Shown here in pieces: positions 16,451-24,815 of a stretch of DNA of 33,915 nt. Each line of letters opens with the position of its first letter. Within the stretch, counting starts at the first letter, position 1. The notes below the pieces were generated by a model that ran no database searches, had not been told where the DNA came from, and saw nothing but the letters and a program-made list of their open reading frames with translations. The position numbers and the translations under genes are program-made. This stretch comes from a virus (Duplodnaviria > Caudoviricetes): positions 1 to 33,915 of IMG/VR virus record IMGVR_UViG_3300034815_000064; one strand, 5' to 3'.

Positions 16451-16966
16451 ATGAACAGCGAAACCAACGAAGTTGCAGAAGTCAAAACCCCGAAATTCTG
16501 CGAAAAGGACTACACTGACGAAGGCGTTGCGGAATTCAAGTTCGGCAACGGCACAGTCGTGATGGTTAATGCCTCCGATCTGTCCGAAGACATTCGCAAC
16601 AACCTGATGATGCATGGCCTGATGCAGAAGATCGGCGATTCCTACGCGTCGGCCAGGGGCGATTTCACCATCGGCGTCGCGGCTGCGGAAAAGGTGATCC
16701 AGCAGCTGATGGATGGCCAGTGGACAGCATCGCGCGCCTCAGGAGAGTCGAAGCCCAAGATCGGCGAACTGGTCACCGCGCTGGCGAACCTCAAGGGCCT
16801 GGATGCCACAGTCGTGGCCACGGCGGTCGAGAAAGCTACCGACGACCAACGCAAGGCCTGGCGCAAGCACCCCGCGATTGCTGCGGAGATTGCGAAGATC
16901 CGTGCGGAAAAGGCAGCTGCACGGGCCAAGGCCGCCGTTGCCGAAGGCGGCGACATCGAGCTGTAA
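16451..16966 (+). CDS. Early protein of unknown function, paralog B
   Basis: TAAGGAGA RBS and strongly biased codons. Shares GNG, HGL.QK.GDS.A, L..G.W.A.R, LV.ALA.LK and PA..AEIAKI with 13804..14313. Confidence 0.88.
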   Translation: MNSETNEVAEVKTPKFCEKDYTDEGVAEFKFGNGTVVMVNASDLSEDIRNNLMMHGLMQKIGDSYASARGDFTIGVAAAEKVIQQLMDGQWTASRASGESKPKIGELVTALANLKGLDATVVATAVEKATDDQRKAWRKHPAIAAEIAKIRAEKAAARAKAAVAEGGDIEL

Positions 16967-17027
16967 GTCCGTCGGTTTCATCGACGGCTAGCGCTTAAAG
17001 TCCGACGAAAACAGCAAGCGCGAGGTC

Positions 17028-17061
17028 AAGGGGGCGGGGGTCGAAAGGCTTCCGCCCTTTC
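17028..17061 (+). terminator. Rho-independent terminator
   Basis: GGGCGGGGGTC-GAAA-GGCTTCCGCCC followed by TTT. Confidence 0.7.
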
Positions 17062-17154
17062 ACCTTCCGGGTTCGGATTCCAGAGTAAGGGAAATTTATT
17101 TTCACCAGAAGGGGAAAAGGACTAGGTAAGTTGGGGGTTGTATGGTATATTAAT

Positions 17155-17183
17155 GGTACGGGTAATTCCGAATTACCCCGCCC
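17155..17183. repeat. 29-bp palindromic element, copy 3
   Basis: GGTACGGGTAA-TTCCGAA-TTACCCCGCCC, immediately downstream of an extended -10-like TGGTATATT. Confidence 0.8.
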
Positions 17184-17227
17184 TCCCCGCCATCCGGCAC
17201 CTGGGCCACCGCCAAAGGAGAACCACC

Positions 17228-17467
17228 ATGCCCCACATCTGTGAAATGCCCCTTTCCTGGGGCCGAGCCACCAAGAAGCTCCTTCGCGAGCGGATCAACG
17301 AGAACCCCTCCGAGATCCGCTTTTACAATCCCTCTCCGATCGGCGGCCACCCGTCCTGCCTCGCGTCGGAAATGCTTAACGGCGCGCGCATCGTGGTCAC
17401 GAATCATCCTCAGTGCTCGTGGTTCGCCTCCGTCACCCGCGAGGGCAAGAAGTTCGTCGTCCGCTAA
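17228..17467 (+). CDS. Hypothetical protein
   Basis: AAGGAG RBS at 17215-17220, start MPHICEMPLSW. Confidence 0.7.
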   Translation: MPHICEMPLSWGRATKKLLRERINENPSEIRFYNPSPIGGHPSCLASEMLNGARIVVTNHPQCSWFASVTREGKKFVVR

Positions 17468-17511
17468 CCCCATTCGCTTTACCTTAAAACTTTACTAAAA
17501 AGGAAGCCATC

Positions 17512-18000
17512 ATGCCGCTCACCCCAGATACCCCGCCAACCCAAGCCGTCGACGACATCCTCGCGATGCTGACCTCTGAGTTCGGAAAGAAGTCCACCCG
17601 CAAGCCCGCGAAGGCGAAGAAAGTCGCTGGCACCGCCACCGACACCGCGAAGTCCGCCATCCAACTCGAAACCTCCGAGGCCAACCGCATCGCCAGACTG
17701 ATGCAACCACAAACCCCCTGGCGTCCGGTCGCCCTTGTCGTCCACCTGGTCGAGCAAACCTGCCGATGCTGCCACGGCACAACAGAGTTCGTCGGGAACG
17801 TCCTTATCCGCCACGAGCACCGGGTCACAAATGCCCGCTGGGATTGCCTGATGCCGGAGAATCCATCCCACGCCTTACTCCCGCGCGAGATGTTCCCACA
17901 TCAGCAGTCGATCGAGCAATGCCCCTCATGTCTGCGGATGGAATTCTTCGCAAGCCAGATTCCCGCCCGCCAGGGCATTCAACGCAGCCTCTTCTCTTGA
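17512..18000 (+). CDS. Zinc-ribbon-containing hypothetical protein
   Basis: CRCC...CPSC pairs, with an RBS. Confidence 0.7.
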   Translation: MPLTPDTPPTQAVDDILAMLTSEFGKKSTRKPAKAKKVAGTATDTAKSAIQLETSEANRIARLMQPQTPWRPVALVVHLVEQTCRCCHGTTEFVGNVLIRHEHRVTNARWDCLMPENPSHALLPREMFPHQQSIEQCPSCLRMEFFASQIPARQGIQRSLFS

Positions 18001-18011
18001 AAGGAACCATC

Positions 18012-18491
18012 ATGTCATTTCTACAAAAACTTAACAAGCGCATCACCTCCGCCGAAGAACAACTCCGCGAGGCCAAGCAGCTCTCCGCCACCTTCGACCA
18101 AGTCGCGCAGGTCATGGATCAGGTCAAGTTCCCCCCGTCCTGCCGGGTTACCGGACAGTCGATCAATTCCTGGAACCCCCAAGTCATTTCCTTTTTCATT
18201 TACACCTTGGTAAAGTCCATCCCGGATCTCCTTCCCGTTCTCGAGCACCTTGAGAATGCATTCTCAAGCGAATTCACCTCTCACGACACTGCCGACGGCG
18301 CCAGGATATTTTCCCTCTCTGCCTGGGACGGCGCCATAGGTATCGTACTTGCCGCCACCCCTGACCTTGAGTCCCCTGATTCCACCTGCCGCAAGATTCT
18401 TGTCGGTCAGGACGAGCGAGTGGAGCGCGTCTCAACCCCTCGCTACGCCATCCAGTGTGACGGAGAACTTTTGGAGGCCGACCATGCTTAA
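18012..18491 (+). CDS. Hypothetical protein
   Basis: AAAGGA RBS, start re-called at MSFLQKLN. Confidence 0.7.
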   Translation: MSFLQKLNKRITSAEEQLREAKQLSATFDQVAQVMDQVKFPPSCRVTGQSINSWNPQVISFFIYTLVKSIPDLLPVLEHLENAFSSEFTSHDTADGARIFSLSAWDGAIGIVLAATPDLESPDSTCRKILVGQDERVERVSTPRYAIQCDGELLEADHA

Positions 18492-19023
18492 CCCTTCCCT
18501 TCTATCGGCCGAGGTCGTCTCGGCCCTTGCCAGCCGCTTCGAGGGCGACTTCGAAACCCTTTCCGAACTCGCTGCAAAGCTCTCCAGGCTCACCCCGCTG
18601 GAGGCCTTTGAAGCCTACCTCGAGTGGAACGGGATCATCCACTGGGCCGAGACAATCGACAGAGTTCACAGGAACATTTTTTCCGCCGAGGTGCCACATG
18701 TCCCCGCTAAGGCCTACTCCGAAATCCCTCCCGGCTTCGGCGAGTGCCCCGTTTGCCACGGCACTGGCCTCGGGCGCGAACTCACCCCTCATGAACTCAC
18801 CTGGGCAACCTACAAGCTCTCCGGCCGGACTCACCACGAGTGTGAAAACTGCCGCGCCGAGGGCATGGTTGGTTCGGGCAAGGCCAAAGGCTTCGTCCCC
18901 CTTCGGAAGGGCAACGGCGAGCCCTGCATCCACGAGTGGCAAAGCCACCCCGCCGGTCGCTGCTACACCGTGTATAACTGCCCCCACTGCGGTTCTCACT
19001 TCGACATTGACTCAGGAGACTAA
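18484..19023 (+). CDS. Cys-rich zinc-finger protein (DnaJ-type CxxCxGxG)
   Basis: GGAGG RBS. Contains CPVCHGTG, CENCRAEG, CIHEW...C...CPHCG. Confidence 0.72.
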   Translation: MLNPSLLSAEVVSALASRFEGDFETLSELAAKLSRLTPLEAFEAYLEWNGIIHWAETIDRVHRNIFSAEVPHVPAKAYSEIPPGFGECPVCHGTGLGRELTPHELTWATYKLSGRTHHECENCRAEGMVGSGKAKGFVPLRKGNGEPCIHEWQSHPAGRCYTVYNCPHCGSHFDIDSGD

Positions 19024-19024
19024 A

Positions 19025-19363
19025 ATGCTACACGTTATCGTTTACTTCCGCCGCACCGGAGACACCCCGGACACCCCCCTCCGTACTGAGGAATTCCTCT
19101 CCGTGCCCACCATCCTTAACGCAGCCCAGCTCGTCAACATATTTGCGAATACGAACCCTGACGCCGACATCCTTAATGTCGAGATACGGAACACCGAACT
19201 CCAGTCCTTCCGTTTGCAAGGTTTTCTCCGCGTCGGAGCTTATGAAACAGTCGAGAACCGCCGGCTCGAAATCGCCCAACACCTTGAACTCTCCCTAGCC
19301 GAGTACCTGGACGAAATCAACTGTCCGATTTCGGAGTTGCAAGTCACCTTAACCAAGGAGTAA
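19025..19363 (+). CDS. Hypothetical protein
   Basis: AGGAG RBS, start MLHVIVYF. Confidence 0.68.
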   Translation: MLHVIVYFRRTGDTPDTPLRTEEFLSVPTILNAAQLVNIFANTNPDADILNVEIRNTELQSFRLQGFLRVGAYETVENRRLEIAQHLELSLAEYLDEINCPISELQVTLTKE

Positions 19364-19368
19364 CCCTC

Positions 19369-19563
19369 ATGTTTGAATGGCTGAAACACATAATCTGGGA
19401 ACGGAATTTTCACGAGACTTCCGTATCCATCCCGCCGAAAAAGCGTTCCGCGAAGCATCCTTACGAGAAAAAGGCTGCAAAGAAAATTCTCGAGATGGGA
19501 ACGACGTACTGCTGCCATGAGGCGAATCATGCGCAAAGACTGAAAGTTCGGAGGGTGCTATGA
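19369..19563 (+). CDS. Small basic hypothetical protein
   Basis: AAGGAG RBS, coupled to the next gene. Confidence 0.6.
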   Translation: MFEWLKHIIWERNFHETSVSIPPKKRSAKHPYEKKAAKKILEMGTTYCCHEANHAQRLKVRRVL

Positions 19564-20171
19564 GTGAAGATACGAAGTGGAAGATGTTGCCTTGGCCGCC
19601 GACTGATGAGATGCTAGTACTGGCGCATCATCTAATTGACTGGTGCCGCAACGATCAAAATACTTACCTTCCTGAAGATGAATCACAAACCATTGTAGTT
19701 CTGGACGGGGTAGTAATTGGGCATGCTGGAACTACTTGTAAGCAGGATTTGGAAGATGCCTATGCAGCCATGTGGAAAGCAGCCCCTACACCTCCAGCAC
19801 CAGAAGTCAACAGCATGGAACCTGCGCTTTTTATTGACCCGTCTGATTTACCATTATCATATGAAGCAGCACATATTTATGTAACAGCCTCACCATTCGA
19901 CGGGAACACGCTGCCACTGTATTTATCCCCAACCGAGCAACTCACCCAACTACAAATCCGTTTAGATTTTGCAGAGGCTATCATTGCAGGTAACAATGTT
20001 CTGGTAAGGGAAAATGAATTATGCCAATCCGAGGTAGAACGGCTAAGGGGTGAGAGGGATGAGTTGCTTGCGTTGGTGAAGAGATACAGAAAAGAAACAC
20101 CAGTGGGGCATCAGCCGCACATGATTTGCCACATCGTAGACGAAACTATCGCCAAGATCGAAAGGAAATAA
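19560..20171 (+). CDS. Accessory hypothetical protein (mosaic early-gene type)
   Basis: WKMLP..PTDEML...YAAMWKAAP motif common in mosaic phage early proteins. AT-richer than its flanks. Confidence 0.7.
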   Translation: MSEDTKWKMLPWPPTDEMLVLAHHLIDWCRNDQNTYLPEDESQTIVVLDGVVIGHAGTTCKQDLEDAYAAMWKAAPTPPAPEVNSMEPALFIDPSDLPLSYEAAHIYVTASPFDGNTLPLYLSPTEQLTQLQIRLDFAEAIIAGNNVLVRENELCQSEVERLRGERDELLALVKRYRKETPVGHQPHMICHIVDETIAKIERK

Positions 20172-20174
20172 TCC

Positions 20175-20384
20175 ATGAGCGAACTTGAGCAACTTATAAA
20201 GCGTATTGACAAGAGCGGAGTGCGTGGAGTTGATACTGCTGCAATTCGTGACGATTACGATCCGGTCGGAGCAATGATGATTCGTGACCTAACCGCTTCT
20301 GGTGATTATGTTCAGCGGAAGGTGCCGCCCGGAAGTTGGGATCAGACATGGAAAATCTTTAAAAAAGGCATGGAACCGTACTAA
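20175..20384 (+). CDS. Hypothetical protein
   Basis: AAAGGA RBS, 69 aa. Confidence 0.65.
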   Translation: MSELEQLIKRIDKSGVRGVDTAAIRDDYDPVGAMMIRDLTASGDYVQRKVPPGSWDQTWKIFKKGMEPY

Positions 20385-20404
20385 CAACTGAAAGGAAATA
20401 AGCC

Positions 20405-20719
20405 ATGAAACGCTATGACCAAATACCTGGAGATAATGGTGACTTACAAGAGTTTTCTGAAAATGGGCGCTATTGCCTCTACGAAGAAGCCCAAGCCGAA
20501 AAACAGGGGCTACAGCAGCAACTTAATGCTGCTGAACTTCGCGCCCGAGTTGCTGAATCGCAAACCTATCCAGATTACGGACTGGCAGAAGCGAATGAGG
20601 TATTACGGCAGCAACTCCGCGAGAAGGATGAACAGTTGGCAGCGGCACAGGCAAGGATTTCTACCTTTCTTCATATCGCAGAAAGTGCTATGGAAACCGA
20701 AGGAAGCCTTGCCACATGA
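20405..20719 (+). CDS. Coiled-coil hypothetical protein
   Basis: AAAGGA RBS. MKRYD...GRYCLYEEA start followed by a Q/E-rich coiled coil. Confidence 0.68.
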   Translation: MKRYDQIPGDNGDLQEFSENGRYCLYEEAQAEKQGLQQQLNAAELRARVAESQTYPDYGLAEANEVLRQQLREKDEQLAAAQARISTFLHIAESAMETEGSLAT

Positions 20720-20898
20720 CCGCAAAGAAAAAGCTCAAACCAAAGCTCGCCATCGTCTTCGATTCGGAGATGAACGAACTCGCCCGTTTCCGCCACCTTC
20801 GGGCCGCCCTTGCCCACACGGTCGAGTATGCAAAACCCTGCATCGTCCGTACCCCCGAAGGCAAGACCCTTTTCCTCAACCAGAAAGAAGGATATTAA
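20716..20898 (+). CDS. Small hypothetical protein
   Basis: ATGA overlap, 60 aa. Confidence 0.6.
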   Translation: MTAKKKLKPKLAIVFDSEMNELARFRHLRAALAHTVEYAKPCIVRTPEGKTLFLNQKEGY

Positions 20899-20900
20899 TT

Positions 20901-21185
20901 ATGCGCACAGGCCGCCCACCTTCCACCATCCAACGCCTTGAAACCAAGGTCCGCCTCCGCCCGGAGATCCTCGGCATCCTGGATCTCCTCTGCCTTGACC
21001 CTATGCGAGACGGGCACCCGAAGCTCGGCGAACGCACCCGGCATTTCGAACTCGCCCTCACCGAGTACCTCCAAAAACACTACCCCAGCATTTCCGCCGG
21101 GCTTGACAAACTGGCGGAAAGTGGGCATAGTCCGGTAATGGGAAATATTAGTCAATCACTTCAGGAGGAATCCCCCAATGTCTGA
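20901..21185 (+). CDS. Putative ribbon-helix-helix-like DNA-binding protein
   Basis: Start at 20901 (MRTGRPPST...KVRLRPEIL...RTRHFELALTEYL): GRP arm, alternating strand and two helices. Confidence 0.6.
   Translation: MRTGRPPSTIQRLETKVRLRPEILGILDLLCLDPMRDGHPKLGERTRHFELALTEYLQKHYPSISAGLDKLAESGHSPVMGNISQSLQEESPNV
21091..21131 (+). promoter_or_regulatory. Sigma70 promoter with an inverted repeat straddling the -35
   Basis: TTGACA (21103-21108), 17 nt, CATAGT (21126-21131). TTTCCGCC (21091-21098) and GGCGGAAA (21113-21120) flank the -35. Confidence 0.65.
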
Positions 21186-21411
21186 CCCCGTGCAAGACTT
21201 CAACGAACTTCGCCAGCGCGTCCTCACCGGCGGCCAGTACACGAAGGAGGAACTCCGCAACGCGGTTATTGCGCTTCGGAGTAAGCGCGTCGAGCAGTCC
21301 TCTGCCGCAACCGCGAAGCGCGCAACCAAGGCCTCGACGGCAGCGGCGAAGACCACGATGTCGGACGAGGAACTCAACGACAGCCTCAAGTCACTAGGAC
21401 TGGAGATTTAG
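21178..21411 (+). CDS. Small helical hypothetical protein
   Basis: AGGAGGA RBS, 77 aa. Confidence 0.75.
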   Translation: MSDPVQDFNELRQRVLTGGQYTKEELRNAVIALRSKRVEQSSAATAKRATKASTAAAKTTMSDEELNDSLKSLGLEI

Positions 21412-21412
21412 C

Positions 21413-22357
21413 ATGAGCGAGATAATCCTCCACACCGATTTTCCGGAAATTATAGATAATACTCAACGAGAGTCTTACGTTACCTGCCCAAGAAGATTCT
21501 TCCACGGCTTCGTCCAGAAGATCGGCCCGACCCCACCTTCCGTTCATCTCCACGCCGGGGGCGCATACGCCGCTGGAATGGAAATCATGCGGAAGGCCTT
21601 TTACGACAAGGGCTTTTCCGCTGATGACTCGCTCGCCCTTGGCATCGAAGCTCTGATCCAGTACTACGGTGACTTCGAAACCCCCGAGGGTTCCAACAAG
21701 TCCTGCGCGCGGATGGTCGGAGCCCTTGAACATTACGCCCAAGTCTACCCGCTCGAATCCGACTTCATCAAGCCGTACCTCCTCGCCTCCGGCAAACACG
21801 CGATCGAGTTCACCTTCGCCGTGCCCTTACCCATCCTCCACCCTGTAACCGGAAACCCCATTCTCTACTCCGGTCGTTTCGACATGCTCGGAATCAGGGA
21901 CGGGGTTCTCTTCGTCGAGGATGACAAGACCACTTCGCAACTCGGGGCAACCTGGACGGCGCAGTGGGACCTGAATTCCCAGTTCACTGGCTACTGCTGG
22001 GCCGCGCAAGCCTTCAACTTCCCCGTTGCCGGTGCGATTATCCGAGGCACCTCCATTTTGAAAAATGGTTACGGAGACGCCCAGGCAATCGTCTACCGCC
22101 CGCAGTGGATTCTCGACCGTTGGTATAACCAGCTCCTCCTCGACGTCACCCGCATGATTGAGGACTGGAAATGCAATTCATTCGGCTACGCACTCGGGGC
22201 TTCCTGCTCCTCCTACTCCGGTTGCGAATACAAACGCCTTTGCCTTACCCAAGACCAGGACTCCATTCTTTCGATCTACTTCCAGCAACGGCATTGGAAC
22301 CCGCTGGCGAAAGACCCAGAAGCCGAAGCTGAACCCCTTGTCAAGTCTATACTCTAA
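21413..22357 (+). CDS. Cas4/RecB-like PD-(D/E)XK exonuclease
   Basis: CPRR near the N-terminus, G...GRFD...VEDDKT...QFTGY, and C-terminal CSSYSGCEYKRLC (1+3 Cys Fe-S pattern). Confidence 0.85.
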   Translation: MSEIILHTDFPEIIDNTQRESYVTCPRRFFHGFVQKIGPTPPSVHLHAGGAYAAGMEIMRKAFYDKGFSADDSLALGIEALIQYYGDFETPEGSNKSCARMVGALEHYAQVYPLESDFIKPYLLASGKHAIEFTFAVPLPILHPVTGNPILYSGRFDMLGIRDGVLFVEDDKTTSQLGATWTAQWDLNSQFTGYCWAAQAFNFPVAGAIIRGTSILKNGYGDAQAIVYRPQWILDRWYNQLLLDVTRMIEDWKCNSFGYALGASCSSYSGCEYKRLCLTQDQDSILSIYFQQRHWNPLAKDPEAEAEPLVKSIL

Positions 22358-22367
22358 GGAAACCCTC

Positions 22368-22643
22368 ATGCCACATAATGAACCGAAAGTAGAAAAGACC
22401 TCTCCCCGTACCCTCATGGAAGCCCATGCCGATTTCTCCAACCGTTGCATACCGGAGGAGGCCGGGCCCACCCAGCAGAGGGAAATGAAGCGGGCCTTCT
22501 ACGCTGGAGCGACCTCCGCTATGGCAATACTGCGTGGGGCAGTGCGCGAGAATCTTTCCGTTGAGGGAGGGACTAAAAGGCTCCGGGATCTCGACCTTGA
22601 ACTTCTCAAATTCGCCCTCCTCGTCGGTGCAGGCCTCGAGTGA
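22368..22643 (+). CDS. Hypothetical protein
   Basis: TAAGGA RBS. Contains a QQREMKRAFYAGA motif seen in small phage proteins. Confidence 0.7.
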   Translation: MPHNEPKVEKTSPRTLMEAHADFSNRCIPEEAGPTQQREMKRAFYAGATSAMAILRGAVRENLSVEGGTKRLRDLDLELLKFALLVGAGLE

Positions 22644-23014
22644 AACCCCTACGCTATTTCTTCATCCGGGGGCAACTCATCGCCTCCATTGAAGCCGCGC
22701 CGCAACTCGTCCGAGGAGCCCGCGCGCCGGCTTACGGGGAGGCGTTCTTCTGCCCGCTGTGCTCCGAGGTCTGGGCCTTGTGCCCAGTCGAGGGGCAGCC
22801 CACTCACGTGAGTCACGGATTCTGTGACAAGCACTCGGCAGAACACCCTGCCTACGGAGATTGGAGTTTTGGCCATATTTACTCCTGGGAGATTCCCGGC
22901 AGTCTTTGGCGGCAGTGCGATATGCAATGGAACAACAGCCTTCCGAAGGAAGTGCTTGCAAGGGAGTTTTTGCTTTTAACGGGCGGCATAACTCCGAATT
23001 ACCAGCCCCAATAA
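22640..23014 (+). CDS. Cys/His-containing hypothetical protein
   Basis: GTGA overlap. FFCPLC...W...CDKH...PGSL. Confidence 0.65.
   Translation: MKPLRYFFIRGQLIASIEAAPQLVRGARAPAYGEAFFCPLCSEVWALCPVEGQPTHVSHGFCDKHSAEHPAYGDWSFGHIYSWEIPGSLWRQCDMQWNNSLPKEVLAREFLLLTGGITPNYQPQ
22981..23009. repeat. 29-bp palindromic element, copy 4
   Basis: GGGCGGCATAA-CTCCGAA-TTACCAGCCCC, just upstream of the ATPase gene. Confidence 0.72.
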
Positions 23015-23047
23015 CCCCCGAGCAGTCGTTACGAAGGAATTTTCATT

Positions 23048-23875
23048 ATGTCAGAAGTAACCCACACCTACACTTTACCCGGTTTTAAAACATTGCTAGT
23101 TGGCGGCGTTGGCACTGGCAAGACCCACTCGATCCACTCGCTCGTTGAAGCCGGATTCGAAGTCTTCGCGATATTCACCGAACCAGGTATGGAGACAGTT
23201 GCGAACATTCCTTCTGAAAAACTCAAGTGGCATTATATCCCTCCCGCTGCCCCTTCCTGGGACGATATGATCGACTCCGCAAACAAGATCAACACGATGA
23301 GCTTCGAGGCTTTGACGAAACTCCCGCACATCAACAAGACAAAGTATACTGGTTTTATCGACTTGCTAACCTGCCTGTCCAATTTCACGGATGATCGCAC
23401 AGGGGAAATTTTTGGGTCAGCGGATACTTTTGATCAGTCCAGAGTTCTATTCGTGGATTCCCTTTCCGGCCTTAACATCATGGCTATGAATTTAGTTGCG
23501 GGGAGCAAACCAGTAAAATCGATGGCTGATTGGGGGGTAAGCATGGAGAATCTGGAACGCCTTATCACAAAGCTCACGACCGACCTCCGTTGCCACGTTG
23601 TCCTCACCGCACACCTCGAGCGCGAGACCGACGAGCTGACTGGAGGTACAACCCTCATGGCCTCCACCCTGGGCAAAAAGCTTGCCCCACGCCTCCCTCG
23701 CTTTTTCTCCGACGTGATCCACTGCAAACGCGAGGGCGCGAAGTTCTCCTGGTCTACCGCCACCGTCAACGTCGATCTCAAGGCCCGGAACCTCTCCCTC
23801 GGCGATAACCTTATCCCATCCTTCGTCCCAGTCGCGGAGTCGTGGCGGAAGCGGAACTTAGGAGGAGGGGCTTGA
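23048..23875 (+). CDS. AAA_24 / Sak4-like recombination ATPase
   Basis: Walker A GGVGTGKT, Walker B LFVDSLS, VVLTAH and FFSDV. Lies between the exonuclease and SSB. Confidence 0.85.
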   Translation: MSEVTHTYTLPGFKTLLVGGVGTGKTHSIHSLVEAGFEVFAIFTEPGMETVANIPSEKLKWHYIPPAAPSWDDMIDSANKINTMSFEALTKLPHINKTKYTGFIDLLTCLSNFTDDRTGEIFGSADTFDQSRVLFVDSLSGLNIMAMNLVAGSKPVKSMADWGVSMENLERLITKLTTDLRCHVVLTAHLERETDELTGGTTLMASTLGKKLAPRLPRFFSDVIHCKREGAKFSWSTATVNVDLKARNLSLGDNLIPSFVPVAESWRKRNLGGGA

Positions 23876-24088
23876 CAAGCTTGGGAAAACAAAGCATCAT
23901 ACATTATGTTCCAAACCGTCGCGAAAGGTCGGGATATAACCTGCGCAGTGGGTGTCTTAACGGTTGTGATTAACCGGCTTTCCGGGGCGCCTCCATTCCT
24001 CGCATAGATGAACCCACCGTCCAAGGGTACGAGAACCCGAACGCCTTTACCTCAACCGAAGTACCTTAACTTTAGGAGCCTTACCAAT

Positions 24089-24523
24089 ATGTCTACCTTC
24101 AATCCTGATACCTTCATGAATACCGAAATCACAGACGCATCTGCCACTTCCTTCCCCACAGTCCCCGAGAGCGAGTACATCGCCTTTGTCAAGGAAATCA
24201 AGCCTCGTTCTACCGATTCCGGTAAGGCGATACTTGACCTCACCTGGAGCATCGACGACGCTGCTGTCGAGGCGGCAACCGGAATGAAGAACCCCACGGT
24301 TCGCCAGTCCATTTTCCTCGACATCACGGAATCCGGCGGCCTGGACAACGGCAAAGGGAAGAATGTTGCCCTTGGGCGTGTGCGTGAAGCCTTGAACCAG
24401 AACCAAGCCGGGAAACCCTGGGCACCTGGGATGCTGATCGGCGGGGTCGCTAAGATCACCGTGAAGCATCGCATGGTGGATGACAATGTCTACACCGATG
24501 TCAAGGGTGTCGGTAAGGTTTAA
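24089..24523 (+). CDS. Single-stranded DNA-binding protein (DUF669-like OB fold)
   Basis: AGGAG RBS. F.TVPESEY...VKEI...LDLTWSI...LGRVREAL...LIG..AKITVKH...YTDVKGV, in Sak4 context. Confidence 0.75.
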   Translation: MSTFNPDTFMNTEITDASATSFPTVPESEYIAFVKEIKPRSTDSGKAILDLTWSIDDAAVEAATGMKNPTVRQSIFLDITESGGLDNGKGKNVALGRVREALNQNQAGKPWAPGMLIGGVAKITVKHRMVDDNVYTDVKGVGKV

Positions 24524-24802
24524 GACGCTTCGGCGTCGTTCGAGTGTTTGCTTATACGTTGCTTCCTAGCGGTCAAGAGCGACGGGAAAAGAAGGCGTCA
24601 GCATATGGTACACCGTCTTGCGCAGAGCTGGCGCTGGAGCTTTCCTTTGACGGGTTGGGAGCAGTAAACCCCGTCGCTTAAGGTAACGTACGGAAGGGTG
24701 AAATGCCCTTCATTTCCCTAACGGCCAACCTTTTCCCGAAAGGAAGAAGGAGCACAAGACAGCACCTGCCGGGCGGTGTGGCCAAAAGCCCGGCTTTTCT
24801 TT
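24524..24802 (+). ncRNA. Candidate structured RNA ending in an intrinsic terminator
   Basis: About 280 nt with no credible ORF. Serial hairpins with UUCG and GAAA loops, ending GCCGGGC...GCCCGGC-TTTTCTTT (24768-24802). Confidence 0.5.
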
Positions 24803-24815
24803 GAGGAGAATTCCC

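Noticed and set aside
21413-22357. Cas4-like gene as evidence of a CRISPR-Cas system
   Set aside because: There are no other cas genes and no regularly spaced repeat-spacer array. The exonuclease-Sak4-SSB context is a standard phage recombination module.
13636-24815. Known riboswitch or ribozyme classes in the structured intergenic regions
   Set aside because: I could not find hammerhead, twister, c-di-GMP, ZTP or SAM consensus cores by eye. The regions are kept only as unclassified candidates.
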